A DNA stretch of 63,910 bases, the filler included, from Octopus bimaculoides (lineage: Eukaryota), in NCBI RefSeq assembly GCF_001194135.2. It is 4 parts of 4 records of this genome, joined end to end, with 100 filler letters (N's around TTAATTAATTAA, not from the genome) between each part and the next. Parts side by side here need not be neighbours in the genome. Positions count along the whole stretch, not along the records: positions 1 to 31,983 come from NC_068990.1; 3 more parts are not named here. One strand, 5' to 3'. This document shows positions 12,086 to 23,900 of the stretch, one piece after another. Both the position numbers and the translations under genes were made by a program. Every line of letters begins with the position of its first letter. The first letter of the stretch is position 1. The notes beneath the pieces were generated by a model that was given only the letters and a program-made list of their open reading frames with translations, ran no database searches and was not told the origin of the DNA.

Positions 12086-14536
12086 GCATCTATATATATT
12101 ATATATATGTATGTGTATGTATACACTATTGCATGTGAAAATGAAACCAGGTTGCATTCTTTTCCTTTTCTTCTTTTCAATTAACCAAAAGCTTTGATCA
12201 AAAATTGCTAAAGTTTTATCATTATTATTATTATTATTAATATTTAAAATAAATCTCCAAATCAAAATGCCAGGTGTATTACTAACACAATTTGTTGATA
12301 AAAAATCTTAGAATACAATTTTATTTTCAAAACATTAGTTTTTGAGATTTTCGTAAACCAATTTAGACATAATTTCATAATTGATATCATCAGTATTACT
12401 TCTAAATTATTGTTAGTTAAGAGGAAAAAAAAAATCTTCAGAAATTGTTTCAGCTTGACTACAAAGTGCGGTTCTACAAAGTAAATTGGTCAAGATTAGT
12501 CAGATAACTTTGGTCAACAGCTCCATTTAGTGCCATAAACAATGTGTCTCTGAAACCTGCATTATTATTATAACTACAACTACTTGTGTGTCCAACATTT
12601 GTATGTGCATATATATGTGTGTATACATGTGTGTGTGTATGTGTTTCTTACTTTACAAAAAAAGGAAGAATTTTTTTTTTTGTTGAAACTTTGTTAAAAT
12701 TTAATTTAATTTATTTTTTCTTTTTTACCTTATTTTGCTTATATTTCTTCAGATTCCAATACAATATGTATTTCAATACCAAATGGATTATTATAAATAC
12801 ACAATACTAATATTAGAGTATTGAATCTATCTTTCTTAACCACAGGGAACGAATTCATGGAATTTAGTGCAATATTTCAGCTTTCATCATTGTGTTGTAC
12901 CAGATTTTTCAATCCAATATTCTACAAAATATGGATTAATATACATCAAATTTTACAATTTGCTGTACACCTTTCAACAGATTATACTATGATGTGTCAA
13001 TGTGTGTGCACATGCATAAATGTAAGTGCTTATATGTGTGTGTGTGTTTGTATGTGTGTATGTACAGCTTTTACCCAGTGTAATTGTTGTTGACTGTGTA
13101 TATGTAAAAAGTGCTGCATAGGGTTCTAACATATAGGATCAGTTAAATTTTTATGCATGTGGATTAGAATATGAAAAAAAGCATAATTACTAAACCTTTT
13201 ATAATCATTATAGTGTGATGAATAATACCATATGTATTGTTTGAGGTAACACATTAATTATATTTACTGTGTATGACTGGCATGGTTAGCTGCCCGATCA
13301 TTATACTAGCTGATTCTTAGGGGATTTTCAAAGATATTTTCAAAGTTGACAGTTGATATCAATTTGGATTTCTACTTTTTAGAATTATGGAAAATAAAAG
13401 TATATGTTCATGAGATAGAAGCCATTCTGTTTCCAAAAAGAACACAATCCCATTTCTGATTTAGTCTTGCAATGGGGAATTTTGAACTTTAATGTCATGT
13501 TCTTTACAACATCACATCAATTACTAGATGAAATCTAATAAAGCTATACTTGTACACAACACAAGACCTGCTATTACTTCAAAGCTTTTTAAGACTTCTG
13601 TGTTTAGTCCATAGCTAAACATTTGCTAATGTTAGCAATGCTTTGTATGCATATATAGATTATCTTTCCTTTTTTTTTCTTTATTTGTCATACTACTTTT
13701 AGAAATATCTACCCATTAAGGATAGAAATTTTCTCACTATGTTGCTTTTGACATGTAATTATAAAACTAAATTAAACCAGTAGATGTTGCTTGAAGGTTG
13801 TCCATTTTAAGGTTAAGACGAATACTCTACTTCCTCCAAAGTAATTGCAAATGCAAAATATCTTTTATGCTGGTAAGAACAAACTTGGCTCTGGTTTCAT
13901 AGCATTCAGTGGACGAGTGATAAATTTTTTCCAAGACTTGACTTCAGCTTATTTCTGATCTGATAAATATTCTTGACAACTGGCCTATGTCAGTTGAAGT
14001 GATGAAGAACAAAATGGTCTACTTGTAGCATCTATAAATAAAGAATAGTCCACTATTTTATCCATTCAGTCATGGTATGTCTTAGAATGTTTCTGTTTAG
14101 TATTTCATTATTTAATCCTAGTTCTCCTGAGATTTTCCTTTATTATCTGATAATATCTAATATTACATATATTGTTGGATCACTCTATTTAAACTTCTAT
14201 ATGGGAGATGGAGGTTTGCTGTTTTTGTTTTTTGAGATATATATATATCAAACTAAATTAATGTTCATTTATTCCTAATCACTGCTTGGTGCTGATGCTG
14301 TTATATTTATTATGAGCAAGCAGTCCACTAGTGCAACTCAGTCACTGATGTTGACTGTTTTTTCAGCTTTGAATCTACTCAGGATTATCTCTCTGGTATT
14401 TCCTATTGAAGAAGGCTAAAATGCTAGAAACATATGTCTGGGAATCTAACAGCAGTAAGGACTGGGCGTATATGGTGTTTTTACATCTTTTACTATAAAA
14501 CAATTTCTCCACGTTTCTGGGCTAATCTCAAGTTTA

Positions 14537-14567
<31 letters not shown>

Positions 14568-15625
14568 NNNNNNNNNNTATTTATATATATATAGGTACAG
14601 TCATGACAGTGTGGTTAATAAGTTCATGTGGTTCATGTTCAATCCCAAAGTATGGTACCTTGAACAAGTGTTTTCTACTATAGCTCTGGGCTGACTAATA
14701 CTCTGTGAGTGAATCTGGTTAATGGAAATTTTGTGGTAACCCATCATGTATGTATTATGTGATGTGTGTAGCTTTCTGTTTCCCACTCCTACATTACTTG
14801 ATGATCAATGATGGTTTGTTTTATGTCCTTGTAACTTAGTAGTTCAGCAAAAAAAAAGAATGACAAGGAGTACCAGGCTTTTAGGAAAATGAGTACTGGA
14901 GTCAGCTTGTTGGCCTAAATTTTGCAAGGCTGTGCCTCAGGATGGCCACTGTCCAAAGACGAAACAAATAAAAGATACAAAATATTACATCATCATCATC
15001 ATTTAATGTCCATGTTCCATGATGGTGTAGGTTGGATGGTTGGACAGATCCAAAGGACTGCCTCATGTTCCAGTGTTTGCTTTGTCATGATTTCTATGGC
15101 TGGATGTTCATCTTAATGTCAACCTCTTTACAGTGGGTACTAGCTACTTTTTTCCATTCCACCAGCACTGGTGAGGTTACCATGCAAGACTATGAACTCC
15201 AAGGTTTGTAGGTGCTAGGGGATGATGGGTAAAAGTATGAGAAAAAGTGGCCAAGTGGAACTGGTTTCTTATTGTAAAGGCCCTAGCTCCATGACTATTG
15301 ACATAGTAGAAGAGTGTATGGTAGTGGTCGGAAGAAGCTGGAAAGGAGTAGAAATACTGGTGATGATGTCTCAGAGTGGTAGATTGAAATTAGTGTTGCT
15401 AGGAGACAAGTATGTGGCCTGGAGGCGGGGCTGCAAAAGTGTATGGGGAAGTTAAATACCAAGTGGGTGAGGGAAGGGGAGGTGGGCAACCCCCAACAAC
15501 GCAAGTGCTGGAGTGAGAGTAGGAGATGGCTAACAGTGTGGAATAGCAGAACAGTAATAATGATTTTATATGGCTGCTGTCAAATGACTGAAACCAGTAA
15601 AAGAATATGTGTTCACATACACACT

Positions 15626-15657
<32 letters not shown>

Positions 15658-15830
15658 TCATTTAACTAGTGTTTTTATAAAGAATTCTTGATTCAATCAC
15701 AGTATTTGAAGGGAGATTTTCTCAAATTAAAGATTGTTAATTATATTAAAAGATCTTTAAAAAACTGAAGGACACAAACCTTTTAGAAGGAAGTTTTCTT
15801 ATTGTGTTTGAGTGCTTTTTCCTTTTACAG

Positions 15831-15854
15831 CTTTTCAAACACATGTATTATGGG
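15831..15854 (+). CDS. candidate 24-nt cassette mini-exon of Lar after FN3-2
   Basis: Acceptor gagtgctttttccttttacag, donor GGG|gtaatt. Phase 1-1, open frame (A)FQTHVLW. Confidence 0.35.
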
Positions 15855-17403
15855 GTAATTTATAGAGAGGAAGTTATTTTTATAGTGGTGTTGATGATTT
15901 CTGGTCTAGTTTTGGACTTAGAATTCTTATATGGTATTCTTCTCTTGCCTTTTATGGTTGATCATTTTCTTCCTTTGAAAATAGGAAATATTTTCAATTT
16001 CCCATTTGCACAAATATCTAGTTGTTCAGTACATGGAACATTTCAAAGAATTGAATCTTTGATTTGCTGCTTATGTACCCTAAGCCAGTGTATTAATTTT
16101 CATCCAGTTTGGGCAATATACATCACATTGCATTGTGGGCATGTGATGTAGGAAAGGAGATTTACTTTCTTTTGTTGTTTATACAATTTGTATTTCTGTT
16201 TGCCTTCTATTCCTTCTCATTCTGGAATGTTTTCCTTGTTCCCTTTTCAGTTATTTCATATGTTTGATGATGAAAGGTCTCTGCAGTTTGTTGCCAGCAT
16301 AATTTTTTTTCCTTGACTTTAATTATACGTGCATATGTGTACGTGCATATGCATACGTGTAAACACACGAAACAAAATAGTCCAACCCATGCCAGCATGG
16401 AAAACGGATGTTAGATGATATGGAAGATTGGATGCTAAATCAATGGTGATACATAAGGCATAGCTGTGTGGTTAAGATGTTTGCTTCCCAACCACACGAT
16501 TTAGATTCAGTCAAGATGATCAAAGGCTTGTGAATGGATCTGGTCAATAGAAAATGAAATATGCCCATTGTGTATATGTGCAGTGGTTTAATTTCTTATT
16601 ACACCTATTGAAGAAGTGACTACTTTGTGCTTCACATTGCCACAACTTCCTCAATGACTTCTACCTTGCTCTTATGGAATGTACCTAAAGTCTTTGATTC
16701 TCTTTAAACTCTGAGAATGAAGAACAGCATAATTATTACTATATACATCTTAACTGCATTTATCGTTATTTTTCATTATCATCATCATTGCTCTCACCTT
16801 CATCTTCATTATTCTTATTGATTGCTACATCATTTCGTATTCATTTTAGTATAATGAATATAACAAAATTTAACATTAATTTAGGCATTGTTTAATTAAC
16901 CTGCATCACAAGCATAAACATAGTTACTGAATTATCTAAGTACGTTTTTATAATTAAAAAAAAAAAATGGAAGACATTTAAAAAAAATCCTGTCATGTAA
17001 AGAAACGCAGCTTCTTTGTTTTTTTTTTCCTGTTTATTTTTTGTTTTATTTCTAATATTTTTTTTTAAACTTCAATTTTTTACATTTCTTATCCTCAGAT
17101 TCATCTGTCAAATTAGTGTTTCAGGTTTTTCAACAAGCTATTTGATTGTGGTGATGGTGGTGGGGGAATCAACAAAACTCATAAAAACACTGAATACATC
17201 CACATTTATTGTTGCTTCTCTTATTATCAACTGAATAGAGCGCAAACTGAATAGAATAATAATAATAATAGCATAAACTTGGGTAGAGAGCATGTCTAGC
17301 TAAATTTTGGCACTAACTGGATCTGTTTTATACCACCTTATCATTCTTGGCTCAATACACCTATAACGATGCATTGGATTTCTTTTTTTTTTTGCCTGCT
17401 GTA

Positions 17404-17404
<1 letters not shown>

Positions 17405-17450
<46 letters not shown>
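17405..17450 (+). repeat. (ATT)n microsatellite followed by TA-rich low complexity
   Basis: Directly visible. Confidence 0.9.
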
Positions 17451-17457
<7 letters not shown>

Positions 17458-17746
17458 TGTTATATATAAATATATATATGTTATATATATATGCGTATAT
17501 AGGATATATATATTTAATATATATAATATATTATATATATATGTTATATATATATATTATTGATATATGTATATATGTAATAGGTTACATATATGATATA
17601 TAATATATATATATATATACACACACACATATATATCTTTTTTTTTTTTAATTATTGATTTCTGCCTATGGATTTGTTGTTTATGTGCGGGATGTTCAAA
17701 CACTTGCATCATTTCGTATTGCTGAAATCTCTTGTGTGTGTTTCAG

Positions 17747-17776
17747 TTCCAGTGAATAAACCTGTTATATTTGATC
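17747..17776 (+). CDS. candidate 30-nt cassette mini-exon of Lar after FN3-2
   Basis: Acceptor ctcttgtgtgtgtttcag, consensus donor ATC|gtaagt. Phase 1-1, open frame (V)PVNKPVIFD. Confidence 0.5.
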
Positions 17777-18174
17777 GTAAGTAGTTCTGAAAAGTATGGC
17801 ATTTATAATATTTATTATTATTATCATTATTAATAATATTACCATCATATAAACCTCCATGTCTTTATACAGTGCTCCTATATGGTGCATGTTGCTGCAT
17901 ATTTTTTAAAATATTTTTAGTAGCCTGAAGTCCTGTAGATTGTGACTTTCAAATATCTTCTGACAGTCTTGAACTGGCCTTTGTTTTTTGCATCAGTTAT
18001 TTACTTGTATCAATTTTGTCTAGCGTACGTACATGTAAATTTTTGCGCTGCCGCTATACTACTGCGAAGATGCCAGCATGCTTGCCCTTTGCTTTGATCT
18101 GCTGCCTGCTGCTGCTGCTGCTGCTGCCGACGCGTTGCACTGCGCGATCGTTACAAATCAGTTTCTTTCTGCAG

Positions 18175-18213
18175 CGATGGATGGACTGAAGACCATACAT
18201 CCTGATATTGCAC
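18175..18213 (+). CDS. candidate 39-nt cassette exon of Lar after FN3-2
   Basis: Acceptor gtttctttctgcag, donor CAC|gtaatc. Only the phase-1 frame is open: (A/P)MDGLKTIHPDIA. Confidence 0.35.
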
Positions 18214-18403
18214 GTAATCCATCCTGGGTTTACCAGTCCAGTCTTTGTCCATTGCCGTGTTTTTTTCCGAGTGATCTTCCTACTGTTTTCCTCCCTTCTT
18301 TCCAACGGAGCTATGCACACTTTATTTCAGCATTATCTGCAAAAATGTTTACATACATACATGTATGTATGTGTATGGATATATATATAAATATATATAT
18401 ATA

Positions 18404-18458
<55 letters not shown>

Positions 18459-21060
18459 ATTCATGTATGTATATATGTATTTGGGGAAGGGTGTTTGGTT
18501 TTAGTTTTTTATTTTTACCTCCTGTAAATGAAAAGAATATTTTTTTATTACATGGAAAAAAAATGTTAAAAATTGCATTAATTCTGAAGGTCGCTGCTAA
18601 TTTTAGCTAAAACTGAAAAAGTCCTAAGTTCTTTTATATGTGTGTATGTGTGTGCACGCACTATAAGTATATCCACTCACACACACATACACACACATAT
18701 TCTTTAATTCATATATACCTGCATACTTATGAAAGTGTATGTATATACTTATATTCATACACGCGCATTCATATATGTATGTGTATGTGTTTTTCTGTTA
18801 GAGTTAAATATTTTTTTATCGTTTGTAGTATCGAAGTTTATAATTATTTAATTTCATTTGGTTCTGATTTTCTTTTGATAATGGATATTATTCAAAATTT
18901 TGCAATAGGTTTATTTTACAAACGTACATCTAAGATATACTTTATTTTCGTTAAGACCGGAGTGGAAGGTGGTTGGTAAAAGTCTTCCCTCCAATATTTT
19001 CCTCTTTCTTTCTTTCTTTTTTTTTTTTTTGAGTAGTCTGGACATTAAGTTGTATTAGTTTTATTGATATCCTCTAAATAGTGATGGCATTGTAAAAACA
19101 AAAGCCTTGTCTAAAGATTCTTCAGTTTTTTAATTTTTATTTTCCTTTCCCTTCTTATATCAAACAATATTATTTTAATTAAAAGGAATTTCAATATATT
19201 AGAAATTATCTAAAATATTATTTACAAAGTCATTTTTTGGCCTAAAATTTGGATGAAAAAAATATATACAAATAAACATATTTATAAAAATATGAGGAAA
19301 TTAATTTAAAATTCTGAAAAAAATAACTATTAATAAAAGTAATGATTAAATGTATTTTCTATCATTCTTCTAAATAAACTGTATTTTAAGATGCTATGGG
19401 ATTTTTTTACTTGTGAAACAGTTGTGCATAGTTCCTGAGGAAGTTTTTCACAACTTTTATTTCATAAAGTGTAGCCATTTTCCACCAAAATGCTTTTTTT
19501 CTTGTCATGCATATAGTTTTACTGAGATACATTGAAAAATTGTTATATTTATAAACCTTTTATGAAATTCTAGCATAATTCAGGTGGTTGGAGCTGAAAG
19601 GAAATCCTCATTTCATAAGCTCTTATGCATTTTTTATTTAATACTTAAATTTAAGCAAACAGTGTGATTGTATGTACATGAGTCTATATATGTATTTATG
19701 TATACTTGGTCATATACATATGCATGCATATGTTATGTGCCTTTATACATATATTCGGACAGTATACATTAATTATCAGAAAAAGGATTGTAAATGCCTT
19801 GAATTCAACTAATGATCTAACTTCATAACTAAAACTGATTGTTTACCAAGTAAACAGCTAATAATGTAGACTAAAATATGTTCCGCTATCTCATAGTTTG
19901 TAAATTTAGCTTGTATCCTTTTTCTGATTTATCAGTTGTTATGTAACTTAACTCAATTGGTAATCTCTGCTATGAGAATCTAATTGTAACTATATATATA
20001 TAGTAGCTTACAGATATTAAATTGTTAACTAATAGATCTAGATTAATCGGTGACAACAGTAAAATGGCTGCTTTACTGTCTTTTCCTACTGCATAATAGT
20101 AATAATAATAATAATAACAACGATATTGAATTATACTAAATAATTATAACCTCACAAACATGTGTGCTGAATTCAAAGATTTGTGATTTCAAGAGATTAA
20201 ATTGGCTTTTCACAAAAGTTTGTGACTATTAAGTTCAAGAATAATTCTTAATCTAACTGCTTGTGTAACATCACATACACATCTAGCTAGTTATGAAGAA
20301 CCTATGTCTTTTCATTATAGTTCATGTTTTTTTTTTTTTTTTTTTTTTTCACCCTTTCCTGTTGATCAGAGCTGTGCAGTCTGTAACAAGTCTGTGACAT
20401 TTAACATATTCCAATATGTTTGTCTTAGTTACATCCACACTAAGCTCTTGCATATGACTGCTATACATCTTTTTCTCCTGATCTTAAATTCCTGCATTCT
20501 ACAATTTGAGGCGGTCAAGATGTGCATAAAACATTTTACCTCAAATTCTTGTTACAACCATACCCAGAAACTGCATCCTTATACTTTTCTTCTAGCGCTT
20601 TCATTTCATTGCTTTACTGCTCTCCTTTTAGTGTAGGATAAATAGCTTCTCTTCTCTCTTCCTCATCTTCCAACTTCGACAATGGATTACTAGCTATACT
20701 AATGCGCTATTGATGACTATGTTTTGGGGATTGAAATTTAATTCTTTTATGATTTCTTCTAGATCATTCCAAGACCGAAGAAAAACAAAAAATTTTACTT
20801 TATTCTCAATCTGAGAAAAGAAATATTCTGGTTTACACTTGAGAAATTTATATCATGTGTTTTCACTGTCTATGCGCATTTGCTGTAAAAAATATTTTCC
20901 TGCAATACTTACATATTATTAACAACATGCTATGAAGAAATTGACCTGCTTAGTTAACAAGTTTATAGTCAGAGCTGATCCTGACAGTATTAAAAGCGCA
21001 GTATCTTGGAGAATAGTTTTCTCTAGCTTACTTGTAGTTCCTTCCCCATGTATTGTGTAG

Positions 21061-21081
21061 TTCATTTATCTAACTATGCTG
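21061..21081 (+). CDS. candidate 21-nt microexon of Lar after FN3-2
   Basis: Acceptor ttccttccccatgtattgtgtag, donor CTG|gtaaga. Phase 1-1, open frame (V)HLSNYA. Confidence 0.3.
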
Positions 21082-21109
21082 GTAAGATATTATTCTCTTG
21101 CTACATAGG

Positions 21110-21147
<38 letters not shown>

Positions 21148-21784
21148 NNNNNNNNNNNNNNNNNNNNNNNNNNNNNNNNNNNNNNNNNNNNNNNNNNNNN
21201 NNNNNNNNNNNNNNNNNNNNNNNNNNNNNNNNNNNNNNNNNNNNNNNNNNNNNNNNNNNNNNNNNNNNNNNNNNNNNNNNNNNNNNNNNNNNNNNNNNNN
21301 NNNNNNNNNNNNNNNNNNNNNNNNNNNNNNNNNNNNNNNNNNNNNNNNNNNNNNNNNNNNNNNNNNNNNNNNNNNNNNNNNNNNNNNNNNNNNNNNNNNN
21401 NNNNNNNNNNNNNNNNNNNNNNNNNNNNNNNNNNNNNNNNNNNNNNNNNNNNNNNNNNNNNNNNNNNNNNNNNNNNNNNNNNNNNNNNNNNNNNNNNNNN
21501 NNNNNNNNNNNNNNNNNNNNNNNNNNNNNNNNNNNNNNNNNNNNNNNNNNNNNNNNNNNNNNNNNNNNNNNNNNNNNNNNNNNNNNNNNNNNNNNNNNNN
21601 NNNNNNNNNNNNNNNNNNNNNNNNNNNNNNNNNNNNNNNNNNNNNNNNNNNNNNNNNNNNNNNNNNNNNNNNNNNNNNNNNNNNNNNNNNNNNNNNNNNN
21701 NNNNNNNNNNNNNNNNNNNNNNNNNNNNNNNNNNNNNNNNNNNNNNNNNNNNNNNNNNNNNNNNNNNNNNNNNNNNNNNNNNNN
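21148..21784. other. assembly gap flanked by (TA)n; similar gaps at 28151-28356 and 52152-52621
   Basis: Runs of N bordered by TA microsatellites. Confidence 0.98.
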
Positions 21785-21785
21785 N

Positions 21786-21820
<35 letters not shown>

Positions 21821-21888
21821 GTGTATATATGTACATATATATATATGTACATATATATATGTCATATATATGTGATATTCACAAACTC

Positions 21889-21931
<43 letters not shown>

Positions 21932-22201
21932 ATAGTCATATATATATGATATTCATATATACATATGTATATNNNNNNNNNNCATATATATATGATATTC
22001 ATATATACATATGTATATATATATGCATACATATATATAAATATATATGTATATATGCGTGTGCACTTGTGTGTATATATATATATATATGCCTATATAC
22101 AATATATGCATATACTAAACATATATATATACACACACTTAAACATATATATATATACATATATTGATATACACATATATATACATACATACACATGTAT
22201 T

Positions 22202-22242
<41 letters not shown>

Positions 22243-22677
22243 ATATCTGCATATTTAAGTGTATATGTGTGCACATGCATATATGCATATGTATATACAT
22301 TTATTTATTTATATATATTTATGTGTATGTGTATATATATATAATTATATATACACACTCACACACATATTTATGTGTGTATATACGTATATATATATAT
22401 ATTGAGCTGATTGTGAATCCTATTACAGATATTTTTATACCTGCCAATTTATTAATGTTCAGCACACATGGAAATAGTAGAATATTTAGAAAATATCTTG
22501 GTATTTTCATCTTAGTCAATTAATCTGAATGTAAGGCTTGATTGGTAATTAATAAATGCGCGTGCGCAGCCTTTCTCTTTGCATATAATGTACCATTGAT
22601 CGCTAATATTAACACCATATTTTTCCTATTCATTATACTAATCTTCGTTTTTCCTTTTTCCATCCATTGTCCTGCAG

Positions 22678-22683
22678 AATCAG
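22678..22683 (+). CDS. candidate 6-nt microexon AATCAG of Lar after FN3-2
   Basis: Branch-like tactaat at about 22636, long pyrimidine tract, ctgcag acceptor, donor CAG|gtgagg. Phase 1-1, encodes (E)S. Confidence 0.45.
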
Positions 22684-22959
22684 GTGAGGCCAATTACTAA
22701 ACTTTCTAATTTCTTTTCAGCACATAATTTATGTATATATATTTTTTTTAACCACTATCATTAATTATACATATGTATTTTTTTTTTAATTTTAAGCTAA
22801 TCTGCAGAATAATGCATTAAGATTCTGCTACTTGATGCAATATGATTGTAGCAGTAGTTATTTCGTCCTTTTTTTTCATTTTTTTTTTTATTCGTTCCTT
22901 TTCCATTTTTTTTTCCTTCTTTTGTAATCAAAATAATTACCTATAGTTTTGTTTTTTTC

Positions 22960-22992
<33 letters not shown>

Positions 22993-23569
22993 GTATGTCC
23001 TTTACATGATTTTGAGGGACATTCGTGAAAACACTCTGAAAGAGTGAGGTGTAGATTGTTACTTTTGTTTCGTGGCTTTGCATTCTCTGCCACTTGTTCC
23101 AATTTATGATGTCTGTGTCTTTTTTTTTTTTTGTAATATATTTGTTCTCTTGTTCTTTTACTAACATCTTAGCGTTAGGTCTAAAACTCTATTACTAAAC
23201 CCCTGCCCATCGATCGTGGCTAATTAAAACAATTACTGATAGTTTTAGAGCTTATGCTATGTTATAAGGTAAGTTCTACACAGCTACTCAACAACAATAT
23301 CAAAGGCTTTCTCCAATTTCGGAAAAGTAAAACAATTTATCATCATTAGCTGCAAAATTGGTGAGTGATCTTTCAGGGAAAGATATATATATATATTTTT
23401 CTCTCTTATTGATTTCAATATTCTGAATCTTTTTGGTTTTTTTCCTTATTGATGTATTTACTCTATATGTATGATCAGTTGTGTGTATGTGTGTGTGAGT
23501 ACATATATGTGTGTGTGTGTGTGTACGTATATATGGATGGTTGATTAGTTTTTTGACAAGAGAACATAA

Positions 23570-23900
23570 AGACAACTTTCTTCATATCAAAGATATCTGT
23601 GAGGGAGACCTGAAGTCTCGTTACTCGAATGTTGAAAAATGGGAAGGCATTGTTGATGATTGTTTTCACTGGGCACTGGAACTAGGCAAAGGTTTAAAAA
23701 GATGAGAAGAGACACCTATGGTTGCTGATAAAGGAGAGCAAAATTGAAGAAAAAGCCACATGAGGAAAAGACTGATAGACAGCACCTTCAAATGTAGTTA
23801 CTGCAGCTGGGATTGTCACTCACATGTGCGTCTCTAATAGTCACAGCAGACAGTACTCTGCCAACAAGACTGAAGACTTTCCAAGTGCAGATCCTTGGTC
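23570..23900 (+). mobile_element. RTE/BovB-like LINE 3' end with C-terminal Cys/His motif
   Basis: KDICEGDLK...WEGIVDD...KGLKR, then FKCSYCSWDCHSHVRL. Confidence 0.7.

Noticed and set aside
13812-13872. Exon candidate ending TG|GTAAGA
   Set aside because: Weak acceptor, 61 nt, immediate stop in LAR phase.
21048-22523. Long ORFs (up to 275 aa) of IYIY/X
   Set aside because: They are translations of (TA)n microsatellite and N gaps; the same applies to 28031-28466, 30584-30971 and 52091-52682.
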